Shown here: in pieces, positions 19,360-29,112 of the stretch | Layout: each line of letters starts with the position of its first letter | Numbering within the stretch: the first letter of the stretch is position 1 | Assembly (NCBI GenBank): GCA_964617815.1 | Contig: CAZTXY010000001.1 | Location: 128-64,127, forward strand | Source of the DNA: an uncultured Candidatus Saccharibacteria bacterium | Lineage (GTDB): Bacteria > Patescibacteriota > Doudnabacteria > UBA920 | Direction: 5' to 3' | DNA: 64,000 bases | Notes under the pieces: model-generated | Seen by the model: only the letters and a program-made list of their open reading frames with translations | What the model was told of the DNA's origin: nothing | The model's database searches: none | Position numbers and translations under genes: made by a program

Positions 19360-20678
19360 TATGGTTTATCGTTTGGAGATGGTGGTCGTTGAAAGATAAT
19401 TTGCACTAAACTCTTGCCAGAAAGTTGGACTCCTGTTTCTGGGCTAGTCCATTTTGCGGAAATATACCCGCTGACACTTGGACTTTGATTATATGTTGGA
19501 GCGGTAAGCACTCCAGGACTACTAATTGCTCCTATATTACTGTCCGCTGACCAACTACTACTTGAAGTTACGTCTTGCTGAGATCCATCTGAATAGCTAA
19601 CTAAAGCTTTAAAAATTAAAGTTGCACCGGATTTAATATTAGCAGTGTCAGAAAAACTATAAACTGCTAAGCGCTGTGGCACAGCTTGGGGGGAAGGAGT
19701 GCTTACTTGTGGTGTACCAGTATTGGTGCCACCACCTGTTGTTGGCTTTGGCGTTGGTTTTGTAGCTCCAGTCGTTTCTAAAACACCATCTTCAGTCCTT
19801 AGTTCCTCTTGCAACTCCATAACAAACCGATAAACTGGATTGCGACCAATTCTACGTTGTCTTTTAATATCATCGCGGAACCTATCTTGAAAATGCTTAG
19901 CAACAGCTTTTCGATAAGCTCCCTGTTCAGAGTTTTTATCCTTAATGTCTTTTAAAATCAAATTTCGGTTATCGTCTTGACTACGATTATTATTCCACCA
20001 CTCAGAATTTTTTAGATCTTCAGGAACATCAACCACAGCTTCAATTAAAGCTTTAGGATTATCTTTTAAGCGAGCCAAGAGCCCTTCGTCAATCACAATA
20101 TATTTCTTTTCACCAATTAAAGCTGGATCCCCGATTGGGCTTGATGTTTGTGAATCTCTTATCTGCAGGCTAATTTCATGCTCTGAGCCTGCAATAATAG
20201 TTCGATTACCTTCAGCGCTGACACCAAAGGCAGTTCCGCGCACTGTCGCTACAGTATTACTTGTTTTTACGTCCCAAGAAGAACTAGGAGTAGCCAATTC
20301 AAAAACCTTAGACCAAATTCTCCCTGCCTCCAATTTTAGCCCAGTACTTTGCTGGCCTGTACTACTATTATAATTATGATTGTCTATAGTAAAAGTAGTA
20401 TTAGGATCAATACGTGCGACAGAGCCATCTGGATAGTGAATTGTGGCAATGCCTGCGTTATTAGTTTGAAGTACATCACCAATTTCCAACTCATCACCAC
20501 TGGCGATAGTAGCTTTTGGCTCTCGGGTAGTTGCATCAAGCTCAAAGAGACTGTCAGATAAAACTTCTGCCCAAGGCTGGGTAATTGGCTGAGCCTGAGT
20601 CTTACGAGATGACCAAATTCCAAAACTTACAGCCAATAACACTAAGACAACGACACCAATAACTATTTTGAATTTCAT
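19359..20678 (-). CDS. FecR-domain protein with C-terminal Ig-like domain
   Basis: N-terminal TM, GDVLQT, DGSVARI.PNT, VATVRGTAF; T/P linker; YSDGSQQDVT...W Ig-like motif. Confidence 0.8.
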   Translation of the reverse strand: MKFKIVIGVVVLVLLAVSFGIWSSRKTQAQPITQPWAEVLSDSLFELDATTREPKATIASGDELEIGDVLQTNNAGIATIHYPDGSVARIDPNTTFTIDNHNYNSSTGQQSTGLKLEAGRIWSKVFELATPSSSWDVKTSNTVATVRGTAFGVSAEGNRTIIAGSEHEISLQIRDSQTSSPIGDPALIGEKKYIVIDEGLLARLKDNPKALIEAVVDVPEDLKNSEWWNNNRSQDDNRNLILKDIKDKNSEQGAYRKAVAKHFQDRFRDDIKRQRRIGRNPVYRFVMELQEELRTEDGVLETTGATKPTPKPTTGGGTNTGTPQVSTPSPQAVPQRLAVYSFSDTANIKSGATLIFKALVSYSDGSQQDVTSSSSWSADSNIGAISSPGVLTAPTYNQSPSVSGYISAKWTSPETGVQLSGKSLVQIIFQRPPSPNDKP

Positions 20679-20682
20679 ATAA

Positions 20683-21933
20683 TTATTTAGTTACTTCTTC
20701 TAACGCTTTTTCTAATTGAGGATCTTTTTGTCCAGCAATGTCTTCTTCTGACAAAACAACTTCGATATCAGGAACAAGGCCATCTTTGTGCAAATTTCGG
20801 CCACCTGGAGTAATCCATTTCGCAATGGTCACTTTAACTGCACTACCACCTGGTAAATCTATAAGTTCTTGCACACTACCTTTACCAAAACTTTTTTCAC
20901 CAACTAAAGTCGCTAGCTTGTTGTCTTGCAAAGCTCCAGCCAAAATTTCTGAAGCAGATGCAGATCCGCCATTAATTAAGACAACTGTTTTCATAGAAGT
21001 TAAGCGTCCATAACCAAAAGATTTGTAAGGAGTTTTGTCGCTATCACTTCTAGCTTCACTAACAATTAATCCGTCTTTTGGAACCCAGTTAGAAGCAATA
21101 TCAACTGCTGTTTGTAAATATCCACCAGGATCATTTCGCAAATCCAGCACCAAACCTTGCGCGCCTGAAGCAAGCGCGTCTGTAACAGACCTGTCAAACA
21201 AAGCTTTGGTGTCATCTCCAAAACGAGATAATTTAATTATCGCAATTTTTTTGTTGTTGATAGTTTTAATTTCTGACTTAACACTTTTAACTTCAATGGT
21301 CTGCCGTTTAATTTTAACATCAAAAGTTTTTGTACGACCTTCGCGATAAATAGTTAGCGTGACTTCTGAACCCTTTGGTCCACGAATTTTTTGCACCGCT
21401 TGTTCGACAGACCACTCAGCTGATTGCTGTCCATCTACTGCTACAATGACATCTTTTGCCAAAAGGCCTGCCTTAGCTGAAGGACTGTCATCCAGTGGAG
21501 CAATAATAACTAAATTGTTATTTCGTTTCCCAATCTCTGCGCCAATCCCATCGAAACTGCCTTTAAGGTCAACTTTAAAACTTTCTAACTCTTTGGGGTC
21601 AAAAAACTGTGTGTACTGATCCCCGCTAGCGGCTACCGCTCCGCGAATCGCCCCATAAAGGACTTGTTCTTGATTAATTGGCCTATCAATATAATTATTA
21701 TTGACAACATCAATTGCTTTCCACAGTAAACTGTAGTCAACAGTTTTTGGTTGATCGGCTTGATTGATAATTTTAAAATCTTTAGGTTCAAAAGTATAAC
21801 CTTTGTTACCTGAAACATAACCGGCCCTGAAAGATCCGGCAATTAGAATAAACAAAATAATTGCCACAAGCAAGCGGTGTCTTTTTGGCTTGCTTAACTC
21901 ACCTGACGACTGGTAATTTTCTAAATTTTCCAT
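20683..21933 (-). CDS. ctpA: S41 carboxyl-terminal processing protease with PDZ
   Basis: FDGIGAEI, LDLRNDPGG, SASASEI, SFGKGSVQ. Confidence 0.95.
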   Translation of the reverse strand: MENLENYQSSGELSKPKRHRLLVAIILFILIAGSFRAGYVSGNKGYTFEPKDFKIINQADQPKTVDYSLLWKAIDVVNNNYIDRPINQEQVLYGAIRGAVAASGDQYTQFFDPKELESFKVDLKGSFDGIGAEIGKRNNNLVIIAPLDDSPSAKAGLLAKDVIVAVDGQQSAEWSVEQAVQKIRGPKGSEVTLTIYREGRTKTFDVKIKRQTIEVKSVKSEIKTINNKKIAIIKLSRFGDDTKALFDRSVTDALASGAQGLVLDLRNDPGGYLQTAVDIASNWVPKDGLIVSEARSDSDKTPYKSFGYGRLTSMKTVVLINGGSASASEILAGALQDNKLATLVGEKSFGKGSVQELIDLPGGSAVKVTIAKWITPGGRNLHKDGLVPDIEVVLSEEDIAGQKDPQLEKALEEVTK

Positions 21934-22036
21934 AAAGTAAAATTTTAATAACTATAGATATAATAGCACATTTGCCATGGATTTGAGATAAGACTTTATT
22001 ACTTCCAAGATGGTAATAAAATTATTTTAAAATTTG

Positions 22037-22933
22037 TCATTTACTAACAATCTTTTCAGTTTTGAAAAAATTTATAAACCGCTTTAAATAATACCTTCCC
22101 CAAATGCCGACATAAACTAACCAAGAAAAAGGCTTTGGATATTTGTGATATAAATGTTTTTTGTAGAAAATCCACATAGCGTCGTGAAATGCATACAAAG
22201 CATAGGGATTTTGCCTAGAGGACTGTCCTTTATAATGAATAGTAGTTGTTTTTGGATAATACCAAACTTTAAAACCAGCCTCTTTGGCCCTAAAACACCA
22301 GTCCAAATCCTCTCCATACATATAGAAACCTTCATCGAGCAGGCCTATCTTCTCATAGCAAGCTGGGCTTACAAATAAAAACGCTCCCGAGCCAGAATCT
22401 GTTTCAGTTTCTTCATCAATGGATTTATAAGTTAAATTATACGCGGCAAGTTTCTTATTCTTAGGAAACAATTTTGAAAGTCCAGACAATCTAAAAAATG
22501 ACACCCAAGGATCAGGAAAACTGCGGCGACAAGCTAAATCCAAAGTGCCATCTCCTTTGACCATCTTGCAAGTGCTAATACCTACATCTGGTCTGGAGTC
22601 CATAAAATCTACCATGGCTTGCAGAGTATCAGGAGAAACTTTAGTGTCAGGGTTTAACAATAACTTGTATTTACCAACGGATAATTTTAGACCTTGATTA
22701 TTGGCTTTGGGAAAACCAACATTTTCAGTATTAGGAACATACGTTGTCTTAGATGCAAGCTCAGGTTTAGATAAATATTTTGTCCTGATTAAATCTTCGG
22801 TCCCACTGCTCGGCAAATTATCAACAACTATAACTTCATAGTCAAAATTAACCACTGAAGCATAAACAGCGTCGAGCGTTACTTCAACTTTTTCTTTAGC
22901 CTTATAAGGGACAATGATTATTGATAATTTCAT
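22037..22933 (-). CDS. GT2 glycosyltransferase (WbbL/rhamnosyltransferase-like)
   Basis: VIVVDN, NVGF..ANN, LLLNPD, FYMYGEDLDWC. Confidence 0.9.
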   Translation of the reverse strand: MKLSIIIVPYKAKEKVEVTLDAVYASVVNFDYEVIVVDNLPSSGTEDLIRTKYLSKPELASKTTYVPNTENVGFPKANNQGLKLSVGKYKLLLNPDTKVSPDTLQAMVDFMDSRPDVGISTCKMVKGDGTLDLACRRSFPDPWVSFFRLSGLSKLFPKNKKLAAYNLTYKSIDEETETDSGSGAFLFVSPACYEKIGLLDEGFYMYGEDLDWCFRAKEAGFKVWYYPKTTTIHYKGQSSRQNPYALYAFHDAMWIFYKKHLYHKYPKPFSWLVYVGIWGRYYLKRFINFFKTEKIVSK

Positions 22934-22937
22934 AAAA

Positions 22938-23936
22938 TTAACTTAATAGTTTTTCAAATTCTTCAATAGCAATCTTTCGGTTAGCTTGAATATATTTTCT
23001 TTTTTTCCAAATTAATGGAAGTTGCTTAAAAAATGTTGGTAAAATTGACAATGTTTTAATCTCGAAAATTAAAATAAATCCTAGCATAAACAATTCACGA
23101 ATAAAAAACTGTGTGTACCATTTTGGTGAATTTTTTATAAATAAGAAAATATGGTTTTTAAAATTGTTTTTTCGAATCCACGGAGCCAGTTTATTATGAT
23201 GTTTAACAAATGCAAAAATCTTTTTATATCCTCCAACGCTCGAGCTCGCTGTTCTGCCATGGTAGCAAATTGCGCTTGGAACAAATTGACATTTATAGCC
23301 TGCGTTTATAAAACGCATTGAAATATCACTGTCATCCCAGTACATATCAAAATCTTCATCAAAATACTCGAAACTGCCATCAGCCCTTTTATATTTTATG
23401 TCCTCAAGGGCCGTCTTGCGAAACATCGGAGATGCCCCATCTACCGCCAGCAAATTAACCTGATCATCAAATTGACCAGTATCCACTTGATGTTGTCCCC
23501 GACTACGGCCACTACCACTCTTGCTATATATAATTCCAGTACTGTCTAAACGTTTCGTTCTTTCATCTGTAGCAAAGTTGTATTGATAAATTTTTCCCTG
23601 AGAAGCCGCAACTTTTGGATCTGCAAAAACCTTTACCATTTCTTCGACATAATTTGGCTCAAGCCATAAGTCGTTATTAACCAGCTGAAAAAAGTCTGCT
23701 TCAATAGTTCGGAAAACCATATTACAACCGCGGACAAACTTTAAATTTTCTCCAGGATCAATAACTTTTACCGTTGGGAAATGTTTTTGAATATACTCTT
23801 TACTTCCATCATTATCTCCATTAATTACAACCACCACTTCAGTATCTGGATAAGTTTGATTAACCATGCTCCCAATAGACTTGGGAATATAGCGCATTGC
23901 GTTATAAACCATTTGAACTAAAACAACCTTAGGCAT
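22938..23936 (-). CDS. GT2 glycosyltransferase
   Basis: LVNND, FDEDFDMYWDDSD, CYHGR. Confidence 0.88.
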   Translation of the reverse strand: MPKVVLVQMVYNAMRYIPKSIGSMVNQTYPDTEVVVVINGDNDGSKEYIQKHFPTVKVIDPGENLKFVRGCNMVFRTIEADFFQLVNNDLWLEPNYVEEMVKVFADPKVAASQGKIYQYNFATDERTKRLDSTGIIYSKSGSGRSRGQHQVDTGQFDDQVNLLAVDGASPMFRKTALEDIKYKRADGSFEYFDEDFDMYWDDSDISMRFINAGYKCQFVPSAICYHGRTASSSVGGYKKIFAFVKHHNKLAPWIRKNNFKNHIFLFIKNSPKWYTQFFIRELFMLGFILIFEIKTLSILPTFFKQLPLIWKKRKYIQANRKIAIEEFEKLLS

Positions 23937-25548
23937 CTGGAGTCCTTTCCGAGACTAAATTTTGATAGTTACGCATAATTATTCCTTGAAGAGCTAAACC
24001 AATTAAAAAGTAGCTAAATACTCTGTCATTAAAAATAGTTACATCAAAAAAACTATAACCTGCAATCCAAATATTTGTAAAGAGTATGCTAGCAATAAAA
24101 AATAGATAAAAGTTATTATCAAACCGATGTTTCCATAAAAATTTTCCAACGAATATCAAATAATGACTAAGTCCGACCAATAAAATTAGCAACCCTACAA
24201 AACCAAGTTCAACTAAAATACTCAGATATAAACTATGTGCGCTCACAAATTTCTGCGGTAAATTATAACGTAAGTTTTTTTGGCTTGCAACGTCTTCAAA
24301 ACTCATTTCAGAACTCACATCCTTTACCAGTGTTACCACAAAATTCCCATACCCTACACCTAACGGATGTATTAACGAATATTTTAAACTATCACGCCAA
24401 ATAATTAATCGTCCAACATTTGAGTGCTCTTCCAGGTCGTAAATTGACCGTGCACGGTCAAGAAAATTTTCTTCAAAACTGCTAACTCGAAGCCAGTTCA
24501 GTCCTTGGTTAATAAGTGGAGAAGCTGCAAAAAATAATATAATCATTAAAAATGACAGTATTAATTTACGCATTACAGGTCTCATTACATTTGCAAAATA
24601 TGCCACAACTGAAAGTCCCATCGCTGGCAACATTCCCACCCAAAGCCCACGTGTACCGGACAAAATAATTGCCAAACCAGAAAAACGGACCAAATCCCAA
24701 ACATACATATTTTTGGAAGTCAATATTTCGCGCCAACTTTTCCCTTGTCTCCATAGCGAAGGGTATAAATACAAAAATGGCAATAAAAAAGCGATAAAAA
24801 ATACAGCGACCAAACCAAAAGAATGAGAATCAGGCATAATGCTAAACATGCGCAAGCTTTGAGTGTCGCCTGTATAAGTAAACCACGAGTTAGAGTACGC
24901 TAAAATATTCGAAAGCCCTAAACCGTAGTAAGCCTTAGAAATTAAAAGCGACCAGTATTGCCAAAAATAATATGGTGTCGTAAAAAAAGTAGCCGCAAAT
25001 TGAACATAACCAAGCAAAACAATTATCCCAGTTGAAATTGCAGCATATTTTACCAAGTTTACTATCTGCGCTTTGGTTTTAAGACTGTGTGATACAACAA
25101 CATAGAGCAAATATAAGTTTACTAAAAACAAAGTTTGCTTGATTGACTGTATTGGAAATCTGGCAAACAATCCTGAAAATCCTGCTAAAAGTAAACATGC
25201 TACTATATATGCGTCCCAAACAAAAAATGTCTCACGCCATTTTGACCAAAAACTTTTGTAATTTTTTAATAAAAAAACTACAAATAACCAGGCATAAAGA
25301 ACTCGCAAACTTGTTAGTGTCTCGAAATATGGATTTGGAACAATAATATAAAAAGGTAATGACGCTACCAAAAGCAAAGTACTTTCAAAACTATCAAAAT
25401 TAATAATAAAAATTGCGCATAAAGCCACAGAAATAAAAACCACAGATCCAGGCCAGACCCCAATTGAAATTAAATAAACAGAAATTATCTGCCACAAAAC
25501 TAACAGCCAAATAATTGTTTTAGGTTTTGAGTTTAACAAATACTGCAT
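23929..25548 (-). CDS. O-antigen ligase/Wzy-like polytopic membrane protein
   Basis: Multi-TM, SGTRG, GR..IW, GVGYGNF, AHSLYL...ELG. Confidence 0.8.
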   Translation of the reverse strand: MQYLLNSKPKTIIWLLVLWQIISVYLISIGVWPGSVVFISVALCAIFIINFDSFESTLLLVASLPFYIIVPNPYFETLTSLRVLYAWLFVVFLLKNYKSFWSKWRETFFVWDAYIVACLLLAGFSGLFARFPIQSIKQTLFLVNLYLLYVVVSHSLKTKAQIVNLVKYAAISTGIIVLLGYVQFAATFFTTPYYFWQYWSLLISKAYYGLGLSNILAYSNSWFTYTGDTQSLRMFSIMPDSHSFGLVAVFFIAFLLPFLYLYPSLWRQGKSWREILTSKNMYVWDLVRFSGLAIILSGTRGLWVGMLPAMGLSVVAYFANVMRPVMRKLILSFLMIILFFAASPLINQGLNWLRVSSFEENFLDRARSIYDLEEHSNVGRLIIWRDSLKYSLIHPLGVGYGNFVVTLVKDVSSEMSFEDVASQKNLRYNLPQKFVSAHSLYLSILVELGFVGLLILLVGLSHYLIFVGKFLWKHRFDNNFYLFFIASILFTNIWIAGYSFFDVTIFNDRVFSYFLIGLALQGIIMRNYQNLVSERTPDA

Positions 25549-25557
25549 TGATAAAAA

Positions 25558-26637
25558 TTAAGATTGAAAAACGGACAAAGTCTCTTTGGCGCACTTATCC
25601 CAACCAAAAAGAGATAGTCGTGCTGTCCCCTGACTAATTAGTCTATCGGACAAGGACTTATCGAATAAAATTTTAGAAATTGCTGATTTGATTTCTGAAA
25701 CTCTTACAGGGTTAAAATATACTGCGGCCTCTCCAGCAACTTCTGGCATGCTCGAAATATTCGAGGTGGCCACCGGCACACCAGAGGCAAATGCTTCGAG
25801 GATAGGAATGCCAAATCCTTCATACAAACTTGGAAAGACAAACAGCCTAGCTTTTTTCATAACCATATACCGCTCATCATCTGAAACATGGTTTAAATAA
25901 ATAACAAAATTTTTGTTATTTTCAATTTGTTTTAATATTGATTCAAATTTCCAACCCGGCTTACCTACTACCACCAATTTATAGTGAGCTAACTCTGGAT
26001 ATTCTAAAACTAACTCCTTCATCGCCTGAATCAAAGTTGATAAATTCTTTCGCGGCTGAAGCGTTGATAAAAACAACACATATTGATCAGGGAGCTCTAA
26101 CTGACTGAGCGCATTCATTTGTAGCGGCGGCTGATCAAAACCATGGTGCACAACAATAATCCGTTCTGGGGGGACATTCCAAAATTTCAGGAAATCTTGC
26201 TTAGTACTTTCTGAAACTGCAATAATTTTCCACGCAAATTTGGCAACCAACCAATCTTCAAATTTATGAAAAGTTCGCGCAAACAAAGTGTAAGTTTCAG
26301 GAAAATGCATAAAGGCAAGGTCATGAACCGTCACAACGGTTTTTTTGGGGTGAATTATGGGCATAGAAGAAGCAGGAATAAACAGTAAGTCTACTGGACT
26401 AAATAACATTTCTACTGACAGTCTTACTTGTGTCCAAAAAATTGGAAAAGGCATAACTTTGAGGCGAAAGTTTTTAGGCAAATTCAATAACCAAGCCTCT
26501 GGTTTGGTCCGAAGATACAATATGTATTGATTTTGTAAATCTATTGTGGATAAATGCAAGATTAACTGCTTTGCATAATGCTCCACACCAGTTTTTTGAG
26601 TGCTATTTGCACGTTCAGCCTCTATCCCAATAACCAT
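25558..26637 (-). CDS. GT4 glycosyltransferase
   Basis: TGVEHY, TVHDL, QPRKN, PSLYEGFGIPILEA. Confidence 0.93.
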   Translation of the reverse strand: MVIGIEAERANSTQKTGVEHYAKQLILHLSTIDLQNQYILYLRTKPEAWLLNLPKNFRLKVMPFPIFWTQVRLSVEMLFSPVDLLFIPASSMPIIHPKKTVVTVHDLAFMHFPETYTLFARTFHKFEDWLVAKFAWKIIAVSESTKQDFLKFWNVPPERIIVVHHGFDQPPLQMNALSQLELPDQYVLFLSTLQPRKNLSTLIQAMKELVLEYPELAHYKLVVVGKPGWKFESILKQIENNKNFVIYLNHVSDDERYMVMKKARLFVFPSLYEGFGIPILEAFASGVPVATSNISSMPEVAGEAAVYFNPVRVSEIKSAISKILFDKSLSDRLISQGTARLSLFGWDKCAKETLSVFQS

Positions 26638-26706
26638 ATATTCATTGTAACATAGCAGAGCCCGTCGTGCATTTTGCCATATAAACCAAATTAGTTTCTA
26701 TTTCTA

Positions 26707-27234
26707 CTACTCAATAATACCTAATGCATAGGCTCTCATTTGCTGTTCCATTTTTTTTATATCCAAAAATTCAGCGCCCATTAATTGCTTAAATTGCTTT
26801 CCATGACCAGCTACTTTTAAATGACATAGTTCATGGTACAAAATATACCAAATCAAACCTTCTGGTAAATTCTGAATGTGGGCATTAAGAGTAACCACAC
26901 CACCGCTCGTACAACTCCCCCAACGTGAGCGCATTTTTCTAAAACGAATCTGCTTTGGTTTTACTCCTAATTTTTCAAAACCTTTTTCTAAAAAACCTTT
27001 TATTAATTCATGCAACTCCACTTGAGTTCTTTGATACTTCACTCCAGCATTATAAATGCTCTTTAGTATTTCTAAATGTTTCTGTTTTTTTTCAATCCAC
27101 GCCTTGTGACGCTCAATAAATGAAGGGATATCGAAGCTTCGCTTAAGTGGAACAACTATAAATAAAGAATCGCGCCTGAATTCCAGACGCGCCCTTTTAA
27201 CATTTCTTTTCTCAATTGTATATTCCAAAGCCAT
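26707..27234 (-). CDS. YgjP/DUF45-like zinc metallohydrolase
   Basis: MRSRWGSC and HELCHL...H motifs. Confidence 0.85.
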   Translation of the reverse strand: MALEYTIEKRNVKRARLEFRRDSLFIVVPLKRSFDIPSFIERHKAWIEKKQKHLEILKSIYNAGVKYQRTQVELHELIKGFLEKGFEKLGVKPKQIRFRKMRSRWGSCTSGGVVTLNAHIQNLPEGLIWYILYHELCHLKVAGHGKQFKQLMGAEFLDIKKMEQQMRAYALGIIE

Positions 27235-27240
27235 TGGCGC

Positions 27241-27591
27241 CTAAGCTTTTTTAAACCTCACGCTAAAAACTGGTTGGTATCGATTATTATCGCCATCAAC
27301 AATTTCCACAGTCTCACCACTAACTAATTTATTAAAAGCCACGTCACTGAGTAATTCCATGTCAGTTTTTACATGCATTTTATATGCATCAAGCGCTTTA
27401 AAATTTCCAGCATTGTTATCTTTGATATCTGTTTCAATTTGTTTCTTACGCAATTTTAACTCCTCCAGTTTTTCTAGTAAATTCTGATACTCGGAGGAGC
27501 TTTCAAGCTCATCTTTATACATTTTTCTTAATTCTTTTTGTTTTTGTTTTGTCTCACGGATTCGATCAAAAATTTCTTTAATATCTTGCAT
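27241..27591 (-). CDS. Hypothetical coiled-coil protein
   Basis: 116-aa helical ORF ending Y.P.FSVRFKK. Confidence 0.7.
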   Translation of the reverse strand: MQDIKEIFDRIRETKQKQKELRKMYKDELESSSEYQNLLEKLEELKLRKKQIETDIKDNNAGNFKALDAYKMHVKTDMELLSDVAFNKLVSGETVEIVDGDNNRYQPVFSVRFKKA

Positions 27592-27633
27592 GAACTATAT
27601 TTAAGGCTTATAAGATCTTTAAATTATACCATA

Positions 27634-27912
27634 TTAAATTTCACTCTCTTTTTTCCAGCGCTTTAAATTAGGAATTAAAGCATAGCTAAACTCTCGAGAC
27701 TTTTCATCATCAATCTTCATTTTTTTTGTCATAAACTCAAAATTGCGAGCAATCATAAGTTCAACAGTTAATTCTGGCTCAACAAACACTCCATCAGCAT
27801 AACAAAACCGGCAATAATCTCGATTAGTGCTTCCGTCCTGCTCAGTACCCCAAAACCAATCTTCTAAGGGGACACCGCAACTTTGACATCTAATTTTTTG
27901 TGGTTGTTCCAT
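27634..27912 (-). CDS. Putative zinc-ribbon domain protein
   Basis: CQSCGVP, GTE.DGS...YC.FCY.DG.F, IPNLKRW. Confidence 0.85.
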   Translation of the reverse strand: MEQPQKIRCQSCGVPLEDWFWGTEQDGSTNRDYCRFCYADGVFVEPELTVELMIARNFEFMTKKMKIDDEKSREFSYALIPNLKRWKKESEI

Positions 27913-27932
27913 AATTTAAATCTCAATAATTA

Positions 27933-28253
27933 CTATCTTAGTTTGACTAATTTCTGCTTAATGTCAAGCGCCCAAGCACGCCCCTCGTCTCCTCCCCACA
28001 ACAACCAAGCAATATAACCATTTGAGGGATGCAAATCATTTCCAAAATCTTTAGCGCGCTTATCCACTTCATGGCGCGCAAAATATGAAACCATGCGCAT
28101 AATTATTTCTGGACTTAAAGTTTTTCTGTTTTTTAATTGCTGACCACGACCAAAACCAATCTCGGTTCCCCCACGATTATATTTTGCCCGAAATACAAGC
28201 CCTTTTGCTGCAGCTTTAGCCACAGCTATTGGAGGTTTTAAATTTATTTTCAT
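27933..28253 (-). CDS. Hypothetical protein, phage-associated-type domain
   Basis: GGT..G..R, RM.SYFARHEVDK, PS.G.IAWLLWGGD motifs. Confidence 0.7.
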   Translation of the reverse strand: MKINLKPPIAVAKAAAKGLVFRAKYNRGGTEIGFGRGQQLKNRKTLSPEIIMRMVSYFARHEVDKRAKDFGNDLHPSNGYIAWLLWGGDEGRAWALDIKQKLVKLR

Positions 28254-28793
28254 TTATATTAATAAACTTGCAAACTTTTTTCTAAACTTTTCTAACTTCG
28301 GATTAATTATAACCTGACAATATGGTTTATCGCCATTTCTGTTGAAATAATTTTGATGATAATCCTCAGCTGGATAAAACTTTACCAGTGGTTCAATAGT
28401 CGTGACAACTTTCGCTTCAAAAATTTTATCATTATTGAGTTTTTGCAAAAACTTTTGAGCTTCCTGCTTTTGAATATCACTGCCATAAAAAATTACCGAG
28501 CGATACTGTGTACCCACATCATTACCCTGCCTATTTAGCGTAGTCGGGTCGTGGGTTGCAAAAAAAACTTCAAGCAAATCCTGAAACGAAATTTGCTCTG
28601 GATCATATTCAAACTTAATTACTTCAGCATGTCCCGTATTACCCAAGCTAACTTGTTCGTAAGTTGGATTATCTAGTTGGCCCCCAGCATAGCCAGAAGT
28701 CACGCTTAACACTCCCCGCAATTGCTGGAATACGGCCTCCGTACACCAAAAGCATCCTCCACCAAATATCGCTGTGTCTAATTTGATTTCCAT
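28254..28793 (-). CDS. msrA: Peptide methionine sulfoxide reductase A
   Basis: GGGCFWC, TGHAE, HDPTTLNRQGND.GTQYRS, AEDYHQNY. Confidence 0.98.
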   Translation of the reverse strand: MEIKLDTAIFGGGCFWCTEAVFQQLRGVLSVTSGYAGGQLDNPTYEQVSLGNTGHAEVIKFEYDPEQISFQDLLEVFFATHDPTTLNRQGNDVGTQYRSVIFYGSDIQKQEAQKFLQKLNNDKIFEAKVVTTIEPLVKFYPAEDYHQNYFNRNGDKPYCQVIINPKLEKFRKKFASLLI

Positions 28794-28797
28794 ATTC

Positions 28798-29112
28798 TTA
28801 TTTTAGCTTATATCTGTACTTTTCGATATCCACAAGAAAGTCTGCCCCCACAAAGACCCCATCTTTCTGGAGTAACTCTCTTTGTAACTCTTTTGTAACT
28901 TCCCAATTTCCTTTAATACTAATTTGCCCTTTATTATTAATCACGCGCCACCAAGGAACGTTTGAGCCTTGCCCAAGAGCGCGTAATATCCCTCCAACCT
29001 GCCTGCTAGCTCTAGGACTGCCGGCATTTGCTGCGACCTGGCCATAACTAACCACAGCACCCTTTGGCACCGACTTTACAAATACTATGACTCTATCCTT
29101 AAAATCACTCAC
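28798..29112 (-). CDS. Alkyltransferase-like (ATL) DNA-binding protein
   Basis: VSYGQVA...PRASRQVG HTH; PWWRV replaces catalytic PCHRV. Confidence 0.88.
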   Translation of the reverse strand: MSDFKDRVIVFVKSVPKGAVVSYGQVAANAGSPRASRQVGGILRALGQGSNVPWWRVINNKGQISIKGNWEVTKELQRELLQKDGVFVGADFLVDIEKYRYKLK

